In this document: positions 20,244 through 29,770 of the stretch, in pieces
Position numbering within the stretch: position 1 is the first letter of the stretch
Layout: every line of letters begins with the position of its first letter
Source: Patescibacteria group bacterium
GTDB lineage: Bacteria > Patescibacteriota > Microgenomatia > Levybacterales > UBA12049
Reading direction: 5' to 3'
Length of the DNA: 58,718 nt
NCBI GenBank assembly: GCA_038063415.1
Contig: JBBTVD010000021.1
Location: 1-58,718, forward strand
The notes under the pieces: generated by a model
Database searches by the model: none
The model's input: only the letters and a program-made list of their open reading frames with translations
What the model was told of the DNA's origin: nothing
Position numbers and translations under genes: made by a program

Positions 20244-22805
20244 TTATTTTTCTGTTGTCTGAGAAACTTTGTGATAGAGAGAAATTCTCTCAGGGCTTGC
20301 AACAAGAAGGCCAGATAGATAAAAATCTTCTCTTGTACCAAACACTTCATAATAAGTAAAATTCGGAGAAAAATCAGCTATTTTTTTATATTTTTCTTTT
20401 TCCAGGCGATGTACGAGATCATTTTTGGGAGACTTTTTTACCAGCCTTTCCTCCATAACATCATTTGTTATAACCACATATACGGGCAATTCCTTACTGG
20501 TACTGGCAACAAGTTTGTAGCGGTAAACATTGTTGTTGCGGACATCATATTGAGAGTAATAAAACTCCTGTTGTATAAGATCAGGCAGCATTTGATAAAT
20601 GGGAATATTCTCTACGCCAATAACAGCACCATCAGGGATATTGCTTCGTATCCAATCAGAACTTATTTCTTGCACACTTCTTGCAGATTTAATGCTAACC
20701 CATGAGAAGACTTCATATACCTGTATTAAACCAACAATGCAGAGCATAAAAAGTATTATATTTTTCCTTTTTGTTTGGAGTAATCGTTTCAGTGCCATCG
20801 CAATAAGTAAAACAAAAAATGGCAAAAGCACTAAACTTCTGTTCCCTACAGCAGAAAGCTGTAATGGCAACAAGCTCAACAAGAAAACAATCATCCCTGC
20901 AAAAAGAAAGGCGGTGATTTTATGTTTTGTTATCCCCTCTTTAAAGAAAAGATGCAGTAAATAGATTAACGAAACAATAAGTAAAAAGATAAATCCATGA
21001 CCAAAAAGGAGTGGATAGTGCTGCGTAAATAAATAGATGTATGGATTAACTCCAAGAGAAAAATTCTGTGTCAGATTTGGACTATGAATAATATTGTCGT
21101 ATAAATAGTATAAAATATTTCCTCTTCCAAATAATGTGTCGGGAAAACCAAAGAGAGTAATACCAAGCAACAAAAAACCAAATCCAAACAAGAATGTTTT
21201 TATATTTTTTCTCCAAGAAGGATAAAATAATAGATAGACCATAACGTATAGGATAAGTAACGGAGCAGCACTCACTTTTACAGAAATAGCCAATACTTGA
21301 GGTATCGCTGCTATTAAAAAATTATGGCGGGAGGGTTTTTTGGCAAATCTAATGAAGAAGAATAAGGAAAGAAGTATCCAAAATGAGAGCGCGATATCGT
21401 ATTTAAAATAACCGCTTAACATAAGCCAAACAGGTGTTGTAGCAAAGAACAATACTGCTATTTTCTTTGAAGCATGAAGTGCATGAACTGTCGCATAAAG
21501 AAGCATAAGTGTACCCACTCCCCAAAGTAGGGTATTTAGCCGTAAAAGGGTAAAAAGCCTCTCACGCATTTCCCAATCAGTGATAGTAAATGCAGTAGGA
21601 TCTACAACGTTAAAGATAACAAAAGGTGCAAGAAAAAAAGCACTTAAAAGAAAGTGAAACATTGTCCCGTTGGCTGAACCTTCGGTATTTGGCGTCCCAT
21701 CAGTAATGGTTGTTACAACAGCATGGAATTGATGCCATTCATCCATGTGATACGGGAAAGGACGAGAACTGTCAGGAATCCCCCAGCGTAAGGTGAGTAA
21801 TAAATATCCTACATAAATTGCTACTATCAAAAGTAAAAATTTATTTTGTCCTATGAAAGTAAGATACTTATACTGAATAACACGTTTGACTATACCGAAT
21901 ATTGTCCCCAGGATGACCGCAACATCTGAAGTAAATTGCAGTAACGGCAAATAAAAATTTGCTAAAGGGAGTTTGACATAGCGATAATTCTTGGTAATCG
22001 ACCAAACGATATACCCTACGAAAAGCATTCCAACAACCACGGCACCGAGTACAGAGCGATACAACAAGCATAAAAAGATAAGATACAAGCCAATAAAATA
22101 TCGAGCAAGGAGAAGTAATACCTTTGCTCTCCATATGCCAGCTTCGACGTCACCAAGAGCAAAACGGAAGAACATAATAAAAGCTTGTTTGAAATTATCA
22201 CGAGGAATCCAGTAGACAATCGCATCTTTGACAAAGACCATCTTTGCGTGAGCTGCTTCGAGACGCTTGGCAAAAGCATAATCTTCGTTGTGCGAAAGAC
22301 GTTCATCAAATCCGCCTATTTTCTTCCATATTGCCTTAGTAAACGCAACGGAGCGAGTTGCTGGCAAGAAGTGTTCTGGATTAACTTGATCAGGCATCAC
22401 AAACACATACGGAAGTAAACATTTTTGAAAAACATTTTTGGGTTTTGCAGCATAATACCCAGCAACTACATCTATCTTTTTATCTCCGAATGGCTGAGTT
22501 ATCTTTTTTAACCAATTTTTATCTAAAATATTTCCTGCATCAGAACAAGCGATGATGCTTCCTGTTGCTTTTTGAATAGCGAGGTTACGACCTACTGATC
22601 TATTGCCTTTCTTCTGAATTATTTTTACCTTTTTACTGGAAATTGGAAATTGGAAATTGGAAATTATCGAAAAAGTATCATCGGTACTTCCTCCATCAAC
22701 AATAATAATCTCATCTGGTAGTTTGGTTTGTGCAAGGAGAGAGTTGAGGAAGTTATCAATGGTGTGCTCTTCGTTAAAAACAGTGGTTATAAAAGAAACC
22801 TTCAT
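20244..22805 (-). CDS. Fusion: GT2 plus GT-C membrane glycosyltransferase
   Basis: VSFITTVFNEE, VDGGSTD, SDAG, GGFDE...EDY; then multi-TM region with 'PYHMDE' loop. Confidence 0.8.
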   Translation of the reverse strand: MKVSFITTVFNEEHTIDNFLNSLLAQTKLPDEIIIVDGGSTDDTFSIISNFQFPISSKKVKIIQKKGNRSVGRNLAIQKATGSIIACSDAGNILDKNWLKKITQPFGDKKIDVVAGYYAAKPKNVFQKCLLPYVFVMPDQVNPEHFLPATRSVAFTKAIWKKIGGFDERLSHNEDYAFAKRLEAAHAKMVFVKDAIVYWIPRDNFKQAFIMFFRFALGDVEAGIWRAKVLLLLARYFIGLYLIFLCLLYRSVLGAVVVGMLFVGYIVWSITKNYRYVKLPLANFYLPLLQFTSDVAVILGTIFGIVKRVIQYKYLTFIGQNKFLLLIVAIYVGYLLLTLRWGIPDSSRPFPYHMDEWHQFHAVVTTITDGTPNTEGSANGTMFHFLLSAFFLAPFVIFNVVDPTAFTITDWEMRERLFTLLRLNTLLWGVGTLMLLYATVHALHASKKIAVLFFATTPVWLMLSGYFKYDIALSFWILLSLFFFIRFAKKPSRHNFLIAAIPQVLAISVKVSAAPLLILYVMVYLLFYPSWRKNIKTFLFGFGFLLLGITLFGFPDTLFGRGNILYYLYDNIIHSPNLTQNFSLGVNPYIYLFTQHYPLLFGHGFIFLLIVSLIYLLHLFFKEGITKHKITAFLFAGMIVFLLSLLPLQLSAVGNRSLVLLPFFVLLIAMALKRLLQTKRKNIILFMLCIVGLIQVYEVFSWVSIKSARSVQEISSDWIRSNIPDGAVIGVENIPIYQMLPDLIQQEFYYSQYDVRNNNVYRYKLVASTSKELPVYVVITNDVMEERLVKKSPKNDLVHRLEKEKYKKIADFSPNFTYYEVFGTREDFYLSGLLVASPERISLYHKVSQTTEK
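22637..22664. repeat. Heptamer tandem repeat (TGGAAAT)x4 inside GT2 coding sequence
   Basis: Four exact copies read directly; encodes ISNFQFPIS. Confidence 0.9.
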
Positions 22806-22826
22806 CGGTAGGGCTATTATAGCAGC

Positions 22827-23756
22827 TTAGTCTTGTTTCTTTTTCCCTTTAAGCTTGCCAATAAATACGACGATACTGATCCCAACAACCATACCAATCA
22901 CAAGCGCAGCAACTAAAAAGAGCGGATTGGCTGCCAGCGTCTCGAGAAGCGAATTATTTCCTTTCATCAACGGATTATCCGCCTGCATGTCAAGATTAAT
23001 GCCAAGGGTCAATACAGGGCTCTTGCCCTTTACATTGACAATACTTTCTCCTACCTTTTTATTATCTTGCTCAATGACCACGTCATAAATACCTTCTTTC
23101 AAGTCAGCAAACGTCGCTGTTCCCGATTTGTCAGTTTTTGTTTCTTTGCCATCTTTCTTCTCAACGGTTTTGAGAGTAACCTCAAGATTTTCGACTGGTT
23201 TACTCTCGGAGGATACTTTGATATTAACCGTATACATTCCTTCCTTTTGGCTTTTTGTTTGTTCACCAAGGATTGCTGCATCTTTGGAAACCCCCGTAAT
23301 CGTATACTTTCCTCCTTGTTTACTTGAGAGAATCTCGACCGCATCTCCATATCTTTTGACACTTCCCTTGGCAATAGCAAGACTTGCCTCTCCTTTCTTT
23401 ATCGGTGCTACTTTCAAGGAATAAGCAGTACATTTCTCAGAATAGCTTGAGAGAATAACGCCTTCAAAGGATGGATCTTCCATTGTTGGCGTAGTAAGGA
23501 AAGAAAAATGACAATCTCCAAGATTTATTTCCTGCACTTTAAGATTATCAGGCACGGTTACGGTGGCCTGAGCAGCGTTAAATTTCTCTCCCTGACCATC
23601 AATCATGAGATTTACCGTAAAAGGCTTCGCATATGAACCAGATGAGGGAGAAAAGCTCATGGTACTACTTACCGCAAAGGTGGGTGCTACAGCAATGAAC
23701 AAAAGAAAAACAGTGGTGGAGAGGAAGAGGGAAAGAAGCTTTTTTGTTCTGAACAT
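22827..23756 (-). CDS. Membrane-anchored cohesin-like protein (signal peptide, cohesin-like, prealbumin/CarboxypepD_reg-like Ig, C-terminal TM)
   Basis: 'SPSSG...PFTVNL..DG.GEKFNAAQATV' homologous to the domain in the three neighbours; 'TDKSG.A.F.DL.EG.Y.V'; terminal TM plus KKK tail. Confidence 0.72.
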   Translation of the reverse strand: MFRTKKLLSLFLSTTVFLLFIAVAPTFAVSSTMSFSPSSGSYAKPFTVNLMIDGQGEKFNAAQATVTVPDNLKVQEINLGDCHFSFLTTPTMEDPSFEGVILSSYSEKCTAYSLKVAPIKKGEASLAIAKGSVKRYGDAVEILSSKQGGKYTITGVSKDAAILGEQTKSQKEGMYTVNIKVSSESKPVENLEVTLKTVEKKDGKETKTDKSGTATFADLKEGIYDVVIEQDNKKVGESIVNVKGKSPVLTLGINLDMQADNPLMKGNNSLLETLAANPLFLVAALVIGMVVGISIVVFIGKLKGKKKQD

Positions 23757-23775
23757 ACATCAGTTATACAACAAC

Positions 23776-24590
23776 TTATTGCAATTTGGCAAGGATAGAG
23801 AGATCGGTGAGATCTACTGAGTTGTCTCCATTCATGTCTGAGAGGATGTAGGTTAGTCCTTCTGTCTTATCCCAGTCTATGGCAAATAAGGAGGCATCTA
23901 TGAGATCTATTTCACCATCTCCATTGATGTCTCCAAGCGTATGTCTATCTACGGTTACTGTCTGTGTTGCTGTTTGGTTAGTGCCATCACTCCCATAGAT
24001 GGTAAAGTTATTCTCTCCTAGGTTAAGGGTGACTGGTACTTCCCAGGTGGTATCTGTTGGATAGGTACTGTCTGTATCTTCTCCATTAATAAAGATACTC
24101 GTGATAGTACTTAGTTTGGTTCCTGTGATGGTAAAGTTCTCAAGATACGTCTCAATGGGACTGGTAACTGAGAACTCAAGCATTGCTGTTGGGGTGGGTG
24201 TTGGTCCATCAGTGAGTGTAAAGGATGCATTGGTTGCTCCAGTAAGTAATTCTCCATTGTCGTCATAAGCTTTGACAGAACCGTTGGTAAAGGTGATGGT
24301 TCCTGTTCCCTCTGCATTGGGGGTTACTACCATACTGTAGACGGTACAGTCCTCTGATGAGTCTCCAAAGATACCTCCGGCAAAACTAGGGTTCTCTTTG
24401 GTAGGGGTGGTTGTGTAGTGCAGGTTACAAGCGTTACTGGTTGGGTTAGAGATACTATTCACCGTCAGGTTCTCGGATACCTCTACCGTTGCCCGGGCTG
24501 CGTTGAATGCTTCATCTCCCGCGACGGAGACGTTCACCGTGAAAGGACTACCTACCGTCTTTGTCCCCGTTGATGGAGATGCCAGGATAA
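23776..24590 (-). repeat. Dispersed repeat copy 1 (cohesin-Ig-dockerin cassette); copies at ~25262-26085 (more diverged) and ~29771-30585
   Basis: DNA similarity visible by eye, e.g. 'tctgtcttatcccagtc', 'gccatcactcccatagat', 'accgtcaggttctc' occur in both the 23.8-24.6 kb and 29.8-30.6 kb copies. Confidence 0.85.
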
Positions 24591-25185
24591 CCGTTGACTC
24601 TGGAAGATCTTCAATTAAGACATTATCTGAATAGTAGGTTGTAAAGATATTGTCGTAATAGCCATTGTCGTTATAGAAATACGTTTTTCCAGAAGACCAC
24701 GTACTATCTTCTGCAGAAGCAGTTAAGTTACCATCGATATAAAAAGTAAGATCAGAACCATCAGCACATAATTTTATATTGTGTGCTCCTTCAGATAAAC
24801 TAACATTACCACTGTCCAAGATATCTCCCCATCGTCTCAATTCATAATTACCACTCGCATGCAATTGTCCATAGTATCCCTGATCAGTACCCATGTTGGC
24901 ACGGACGACAATCAAGCCGTTATTATCATGTGGTACAAAATCAAAAGATGCACAATAATCTCCTAGCGTTACATTTGAAGGGCCAAAATAGTTACCACTA
25001 TCAAGATGATTATTGTTTATATGTAAGATACCAGAGTAAGGGTATTCGTAGTCACTATTATATGTTTGTAGTTCAGTCCCATCAGTAGCAGTAAAATCAT
25101 CAGAGAAGATCGTTGCAGCCTGAGTAGGTGACGCAAAGAAGAAAAAGAGTGGTAACAAGAGAATAAGATATAAAAACTTTTTCAT
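23776..25185 (-). CDS. Secreted protein: ConA/LamG-like N-domain, cohesin-like, Ig, dockerin
   Basis: Signal peptide; 'IFSDDF...H.I.L...GS.LTFYIDG.L.ASA.DS..SSG'; duplicated Ca-loop GDINGDGEIDLID / SDMNGDNSVDLTD. Confidence 0.78.
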   Translation of the reverse strand: MKKFLYLILLLPLFFFFASPTQAATIFSDDFTATDGTELQTYNSDYEYPYSGILHINNNHLDSGNYFGPSNVTLGDYCASFDFVPHDNNGLIVVRANMGTDQGYYGQLHASGNYELRRWGDILDSGNVSLSEGAHNIKLCADGSDLTFYIDGNLTASAEDSTWSSGKTYFYNDNGYYDNIFTTYYSDNVLIEDLPESTVILASPSTGTKTVGSPFTVNVSVAGDEAFNAARATVEVSENLTVNSISNPTSNACNLHYTTTPTKENPSFAGGIFGDSSEDCTVYSMVVTPNAEGTGTITFTNGSVKAYDDNGELLTGATNASFTLTDGPTPTPTAMLEFSVTSPIETYLENFTITGTKLSTITSIFINGEDTDSTYPTDTTWEVPVTLNLGENNFTIYGSDGTNQTATQTVTVDRHTLGDINGDGEIDLIDASLFAIDWDKTEGLTYILSDMNGDNSVDLTDLSILAKLQ

Positions 25186-25261
25186 AGATAACTCTACTAT
25201 TTATAATCCAATAATTCGCTAATAAAAACAAGAGTGATTAACTGAATCAAAGAACAACAAC

Positions 25262-28200
25262 TTATTCTTCTAACTTTGCAAGAATAGAAAGATCCGTCAG
25301 ATCTACCTGTCCATCGTCATTCATATCAGAAAGCAAATAGGTTAAATCCGCAGTCTTATCCCAATCAACAGCCATAAATGATGCATCAATTAGGTTTACT
25401 TCGCCATCGCCATTAATGTCTCCCAGTGTATGACGTTTAATAGTTATATTTTTGGTGGCTGTCTGATTGCCAGCAGTATCACTTCCGTACAATATAAAGT
25501 TATTGGCTCCCAGATTGAGCGTCACAGGAACCTGCCAGCTGGTAGTGGTGGGATACATACTTTCGGTATCTGAGCCGTTTACAAACATATGTGCTAATGA
25601 AGATACTTTGGTTCCAAGAAGAGTAAATGATTCTTTATACGTTTTGTCAGCATTGGTAATAGTAAAGGATAACGGACTCAGTGTCGGAGAAATGGTAGAA
25701 GCTGTGATATCGACAATGCCATTCTGCGTCACCTCAAGCATTTCAGACGCATCTGCGTAGGATTTAAGAGAGGCATTGGAGATATTAACCGTCCCTGCAC
25801 CAGTTGCCGTCGGAGTAAGGATCAGTGAATAGACCGTACAGTGCGTGGAAGACTCACCCGTTAATGCGCCAGCAAAAGAAGGATCTTGCTTGGTCGGTGT
25901 CTTGGTATAGTTCAGACGGCAAGCCTGATCTTTGGGCTGCTGGACACTCGTAATGGACAGATTATCCGAGACAGACACCGCTGCCCTCGCGGCATTGAAA
26001 GCAGTCTGTCCCCCATCCAAAATCACATCAACCTTAAAGGGCTTCCCGACTGTAACAGTGTCAGCAGCAGGAGATGCAGTAATTTGTCCAGATTGGGTGA
26101 ATGGTGGAGTAAAAGTATGTAGTGCTTCACCCGTTAACCGATAACTTGGAGGAAGCTGACGATCTGTCGTCCCATCATTGTCCGTATCCACAGAAAGGAT
26201 TGGCTCATCTTGTGAAAGATTCATTTCTGAAGTTGTGTCGGTAGTTTGATCTATTCCAAGGTATAATAGCTCACGAGTAAGCTCACTTTCTTCGTATGTT
26301 TTTACTTTGAGGTCAAAGCTTCCGACACCTGTAGCATTGGTTCGAATCTCATACTCCCCTTCTTCAGGAAGAGAAATAAACTTAGCCTCTCCCAATTCAT
26401 CATAAGAAGAGTCTGGGATGTTCGTTTCGATAGTCCCATCTTCTGTCGGACCAGTATGATTGCCCTCACTATCATAGGCATGGAGAGCAACAGGACTATG
26501 GACAGAGATTATCTTCCCCTTATACTTAAACGGAGTCGTCTGAACCCCCGGAATAAGGCTGGTATCATTCTTTAGTAATTTAAGCCCCATCTGAAGAGCA
26601 GTTCCTTTTACGAGATCCAAATGTTTTTGTTTTACATAGAACACGTTTTCACTTTGGTTGAGTGTCGCACTACGAATAGGCACTGTATCATCCCCGTTGA
26701 TAGCAATTGCATCCAGCTTGATAAGGCCTGTGTTACCCGATTCGTATTCCATCACCTGCCCAATAGTATCGAAGCCTGATCCTGCAATCATATAGGTATC
26801 TACTCCGTTGGTGTCTGTATAACTTGCATCGAGTACCCCATGCACCAATTCCGCTACGTTCAAAAGATGTGTATCCTTTCCTAGATTAGCGAGCATTGTT
26901 TTTGTCTGATCGTAATTTAGTTTTCCTGTAACATTGTTATTATCTATATCCCTTATATCGTTAAATGGATATAAGTTAGGATAGAGATCATAATATGTCT
27001 GGGAGGGAAGAAGCTCATAAGCACTAGTAAAATGTTTCACAAGCTTATTAACTTCATTTCCATTTACGGCACAAATAAAATCTTTCCATTTTATACACAC
27101 TGGATACATGAGCATTGCTAAAGATTTTGGACTTCCTACATGAGGAGTACCAAAGGTAACAAGTGTATCTACTTTATGAGCGACATCGTCTCTTCTGATG
27201 TACTCTCTGGCTACTAATCCCCCCATACTATGTGCCATGATATTAACCTGAGATGCACTCGCTGTTGCAAGGACAGCATCTATTTTATTACTCAATGTAT
27301 GGAGTGAAATACCAATATCTTGCCGCCAATCATATGGGAGAATAAAAAGGTCTTGATCAAGGGTGTACCCCTGCTGCAGGAGTAGAGGGATAGTATCATT
27401 ATTATAAGGAATGTCAGTAAGACTCCCTTTCAAACCCACTTGCGTATAGAGAGGGGTTTCTCCATCTGATTGCAGTTGTAATACGTCAAGGAACTTACCA
27501 TCACATCCTTTATATTTATAACCCACATTTATTAGATCGGTAAAAAGCCACACAAGATCATCCTGATTATATGCAAAATCGTTACCATCGGGGAGACAGT
27601 TATCAATCTCTGGATCAAAAGTTTCTTTCACTTCAAATTCACTTCCCATAATTCCAGGAATAAGGATGAGTGGCTCTCTACCTTGTGTATACTCGGGCTC
27701 TACTTCGATTGAATCAATTAAAAGTGTCGTGTTTTGTGTGTCAAAGACGGTATTGAGGTAGATAGTTCCATTGCTTGCCATATCTGGTGAGATAAAATAA
27801 TTTAGGTGGGGTGAATTAATATTTTCAAAGGGAACATCTATAAAAAATTCATATGTTTGATAAGCACCATTTATAACAAATTGTTGACTACCATCTCGAT
27901 AAGTATCATCAGGATAAAAACCTCCCTCGAAAGAAAATAAAGGACGGACTAATCCACAATAAGGGAGAAAGCAAGTCGCTTGTGCACGTACCTTGATGTT
28001 AAAACCTGTTACGAGATGATCTTCGGGTACAGAAAAATTCCATCCATGAAATTTGAGCATTCCGCCCCCATTTCCAAGAGTCGTTATATCGAGAGTATCT
28101 TCATCATTTTGCGCCAGTGCTGAATCGGTACAGTTGATATAGGAAGTCTCTTGTACTTCCAAACAATCTACATTGATTGCAGGAGTATAATCAGCAGAAG

Positions 28201-28279
28201 CTTTGGACGGATAGAAGCAAAAGATGCCAAGGAGCAAAAAAACAAGAAGAAAACGCTTTAAAGAACTTGTTATTATCAT
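25262..28279 (-). CDS. Secreted alpha/beta-hydrolase (LCAT/PGAP1-like lipase or phospholipase) fused to cohesin-like, Ig and dockerin domains
   Basis: PLILIPGIMGS, PYDWR, AHSMGG nucleophile elbow, GTPH.GSP, GDDTVP, KHLDL; same C-terminal tail as the 23776 ORF. Confidence 0.82.
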   Translation of the reverse strand: MIITSSLKRFLLVFLLLGIFCFYPSKASADYTPAINVDCLEVQETSYINCTDSALAQNDEDTLDITTLGNGGGMLKFHGWNFSVPEDHLVTGFNIKVRAQATCFLPYCGLVRPLFSFEGGFYPDDTYRDGSQQFVINGAYQTYEFFIDVPFENINSPHLNYFISPDMASNGTIYLNTVFDTQNTTLLIDSIEVEPEYTQGREPLILIPGIMGSEFEVKETFDPEIDNCLPDGNDFAYNQDDLVWLFTDLINVGYKYKGCDGKFLDVLQLQSDGETPLYTQVGLKGSLTDIPYNNDTIPLLLQQGYTLDQDLFILPYDWRQDIGISLHTLSNKIDAVLATASASQVNIMAHSMGGLVAREYIRRDDVAHKVDTLVTFGTPHVGSPKSLAMLMYPVCIKWKDFICAVNGNEVNKLVKHFTSAYELLPSQTYYDLYPNLYPFNDIRDIDNNNVTGKLNYDQTKTMLANLGKDTHLLNVAELVHGVLDASYTDTNGVDTYMIAGSGFDTIGQVMEYESGNTGLIKLDAIAINGDDTVPIRSATLNQSENVFYVKQKHLDLVKGTALQMGLKLLKNDTSLIPGVQTTPFKYKGKIISVHSPVALHAYDSEGNHTGPTEDGTIETNIPDSSYDELGEAKFISLPEEGEYEIRTNATGVGSFDLKVKTYEESELTRELLYLGIDQTTDTTSEMNLSQDEPILSVDTDNDGTTDRQLPPSYRLTGEALHTFTPPFTQSGQITASPAADTVTVGKPFKVDVILDGGQTAFNAARAAVSVSDNLSITSVQQPKDQACRLNYTKTPTKQDPSFAGALTGESSTHCTVYSLILTPTATGAGTVNISNASLKSYADASEMLEVTQNGIVDITASTISPTLSPLSFTITNADKTYKESFTLLGTKVSSLAHMFVNGSDTESMYPTTTSWQVPVTLNLGANNFILYGSDTAGNQTATKNITIKRHTLGDINGDGEVNLIDASFMAVDWDKTADLTYLLSDMNDDGQVDLTDLSILAKLEE

Positions 28280-28332
28280 AAATATTCCTCTTCCACATTA
28301 CCTAGCAAGCTTTTATTTATTCAAGAACGAAA

Positions 28333-28698
28333 TTATAAAATTATAGGATTGAATGTACAGGTAACATTATTACCAAATGCAACAATAGCTGTACTTACTA
28401 CAAGAAGAAAGAGCAGCAGAAGAAAAACTTTAAAGTAATATGCATGTTTAAGAGTTCTTTTAGAGATGAGATAGATAAGAAAGGCTATAGGAATGATGCT
28501 TCCAAAAATGACTAAGTAAAGATATGCATAATTACATCTGCTTGGACTGGAATAACCAGGAAGACTACTGACCTCAGGAATAAAGTAATAAACAATCCAC
28601 GGAGAAATAAATACGGCAATAATTAGAAAGCATATCAATACAGCTGCTGCTGCAGTTCCTAACCCTTTTTCTTTATGCATTTTCTTTGAAGGTTTCAT
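28333..28698 (-). CDS. Small 3-TM membrane protein
   Basis: Three hydrophobic segments and two loop/tail Cys; start MKPSKK chosen over the longer ORF start 28776. Confidence 0.55.
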   Translation of the reverse strand: MKPSKKMHKEKGLGTAAAAVLICFLIIAVFISPWIVYYFIPEVSSLPGYSSPSRCNYAYLYLVIFGSIIPIAFLIYLISKRTLKHAYYFKVFLLLLFLLVVSTAIVAFGNNVTCTFNPIIL

Positions 28699-28799
28699 AA
28701 TATGAACTCTTCTTCTATCGTACACGTGATAGGCAATCATATTCAAGAGGAATTTTAAGTTATTGTAAAGAATCACGATTCTCTGTACTATTAATATGT

Positions 28800-29138
28800 A
28801 TGATTGACGTTATCCTTGGTTCAGAATTAGGTCTTTTTTTAATTCTTATAGATTTTGTTTTGATGTTCTTTATTGGTGCAATACCTGGAACCTATATCTC
28901 ATTTCTTCTTCTAAATCAATTCTCAAAAAGATATCGATCATTGTGGGTTATCATCTCACTTATCATTGGTTCCTTTTGCGGTTACTATAGCTTCTCTACA
29001 ATTATTGGTATTTTTTCATCTCCAAATCTTCTTACACATACATGGCCATGGTGGATTGTCATGATTGTTGTAGGAATAGAAATATTTATTGTTATAATGT
29101 ATCGCTCACGTATTAGAAAGCATAAAGTGAAAAAATAA
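28800..29138 (+). CDS. Small 3-TM membrane protein
   Basis: 112-aa hydrophobic ORF with basic C-tail. Confidence 0.55.
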   Translation: MIDVILGSELGLFLILIDFVLMFFIGAIPGTYISFLLLNQFSKRYRSLWVIISLIIGSFCGYYSFSTIIGIFSSPNLLTHTWPWWIVMIVVGIEIFIVIMYRSRIRKHKVKK

Positions 29139-29168
29139 CACCTAAGAAGAAAAAGAACTCTTAACCTC

Positions 29169-29438
29169 ATGGAAATCGTACCTATCAATACCCCGACAGG
29201 CATACTCATACTTCTTCTTTATATCGTACCCTTTGTCGTAGGTTTTTGTACAAACTTTTATGGAATCTTTCACTTTTTTTCCAAAAAGAATAAAAGGAAG
29301 AAGTGGCACATAGCATCACCAGCACTACGCGCACTTACTGCTTTCTGCTTATCCCTCTTTATAGGGGTAGTAAGCACATATGCTTTTATCTTTATTTTGG
29401 AAACCCTGCGCAGCATGAACATTCCTATCATTATCTGA
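29169..29438 (+). CDS. Small 2-TM membrane protein
   Basis: Two TMs separated by a basic loop (SKKNKRKK). Confidence 0.5.
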   Translation: MEIVPINTPTGILILLLYIVPFVVGFCTNFYGIFHFFSKKNKRKKWHIASPALRALTAFCLSLFIGVVSTYAFIFILETLRSMNIPIII

Positions 29439-29443
29439 TAGTT

Positions 29444-29764
29444 CTATAAGAAGCCAAATGAGCAAGAAAAAAATTCACAATAAACAGCCATATAAAGAAA
29501 TGGACCAATGACTCCTAATACAAAAAATATAAGCCCACTAAGTAATACTGTTAGAAGAAAACTAAGATCATACGAATCATTTCTTTTCTTTTGCTTAAAT
29601 ACTTTTGGAAATATAAAAAAGGCTAAAAGAATACCGAGAATATAAGAGCCAATCATTAACATTCTCTGAAAGAAGGTTGTATCCATAGTAAGAAACGTCA
29701 GACCAACAATATAATAAAGGAGTAATACAAAGATGGGGTATAAGATTAACAGAACCTTTTTCAT
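29444..29764 (-). CDS. Small 3-TM membrane protein
   Basis: Starts 6 nt after the stop of the 29771 ORF; C-terminal CxxxxC. Confidence 0.6.
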   Translation of the reverse strand: MKKVLLILYPIFVLLLYYIVGLTFLTMDTTFFQRMLMIGSYILGILLAFFIFPKVFKQKKRNDSYDLSFLLTVLLSGLIFFVLGVIGPFLYMAVYCEFFSCSFGFL

Positions 29765-29770
29765 AAGCTA

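Noticed and set aside
28716-28732. parS-like site around TACACGTGATA
   Set aside because: Only the CACGTG core matches TGTTTCACGTGAAACA; the flanks do not.
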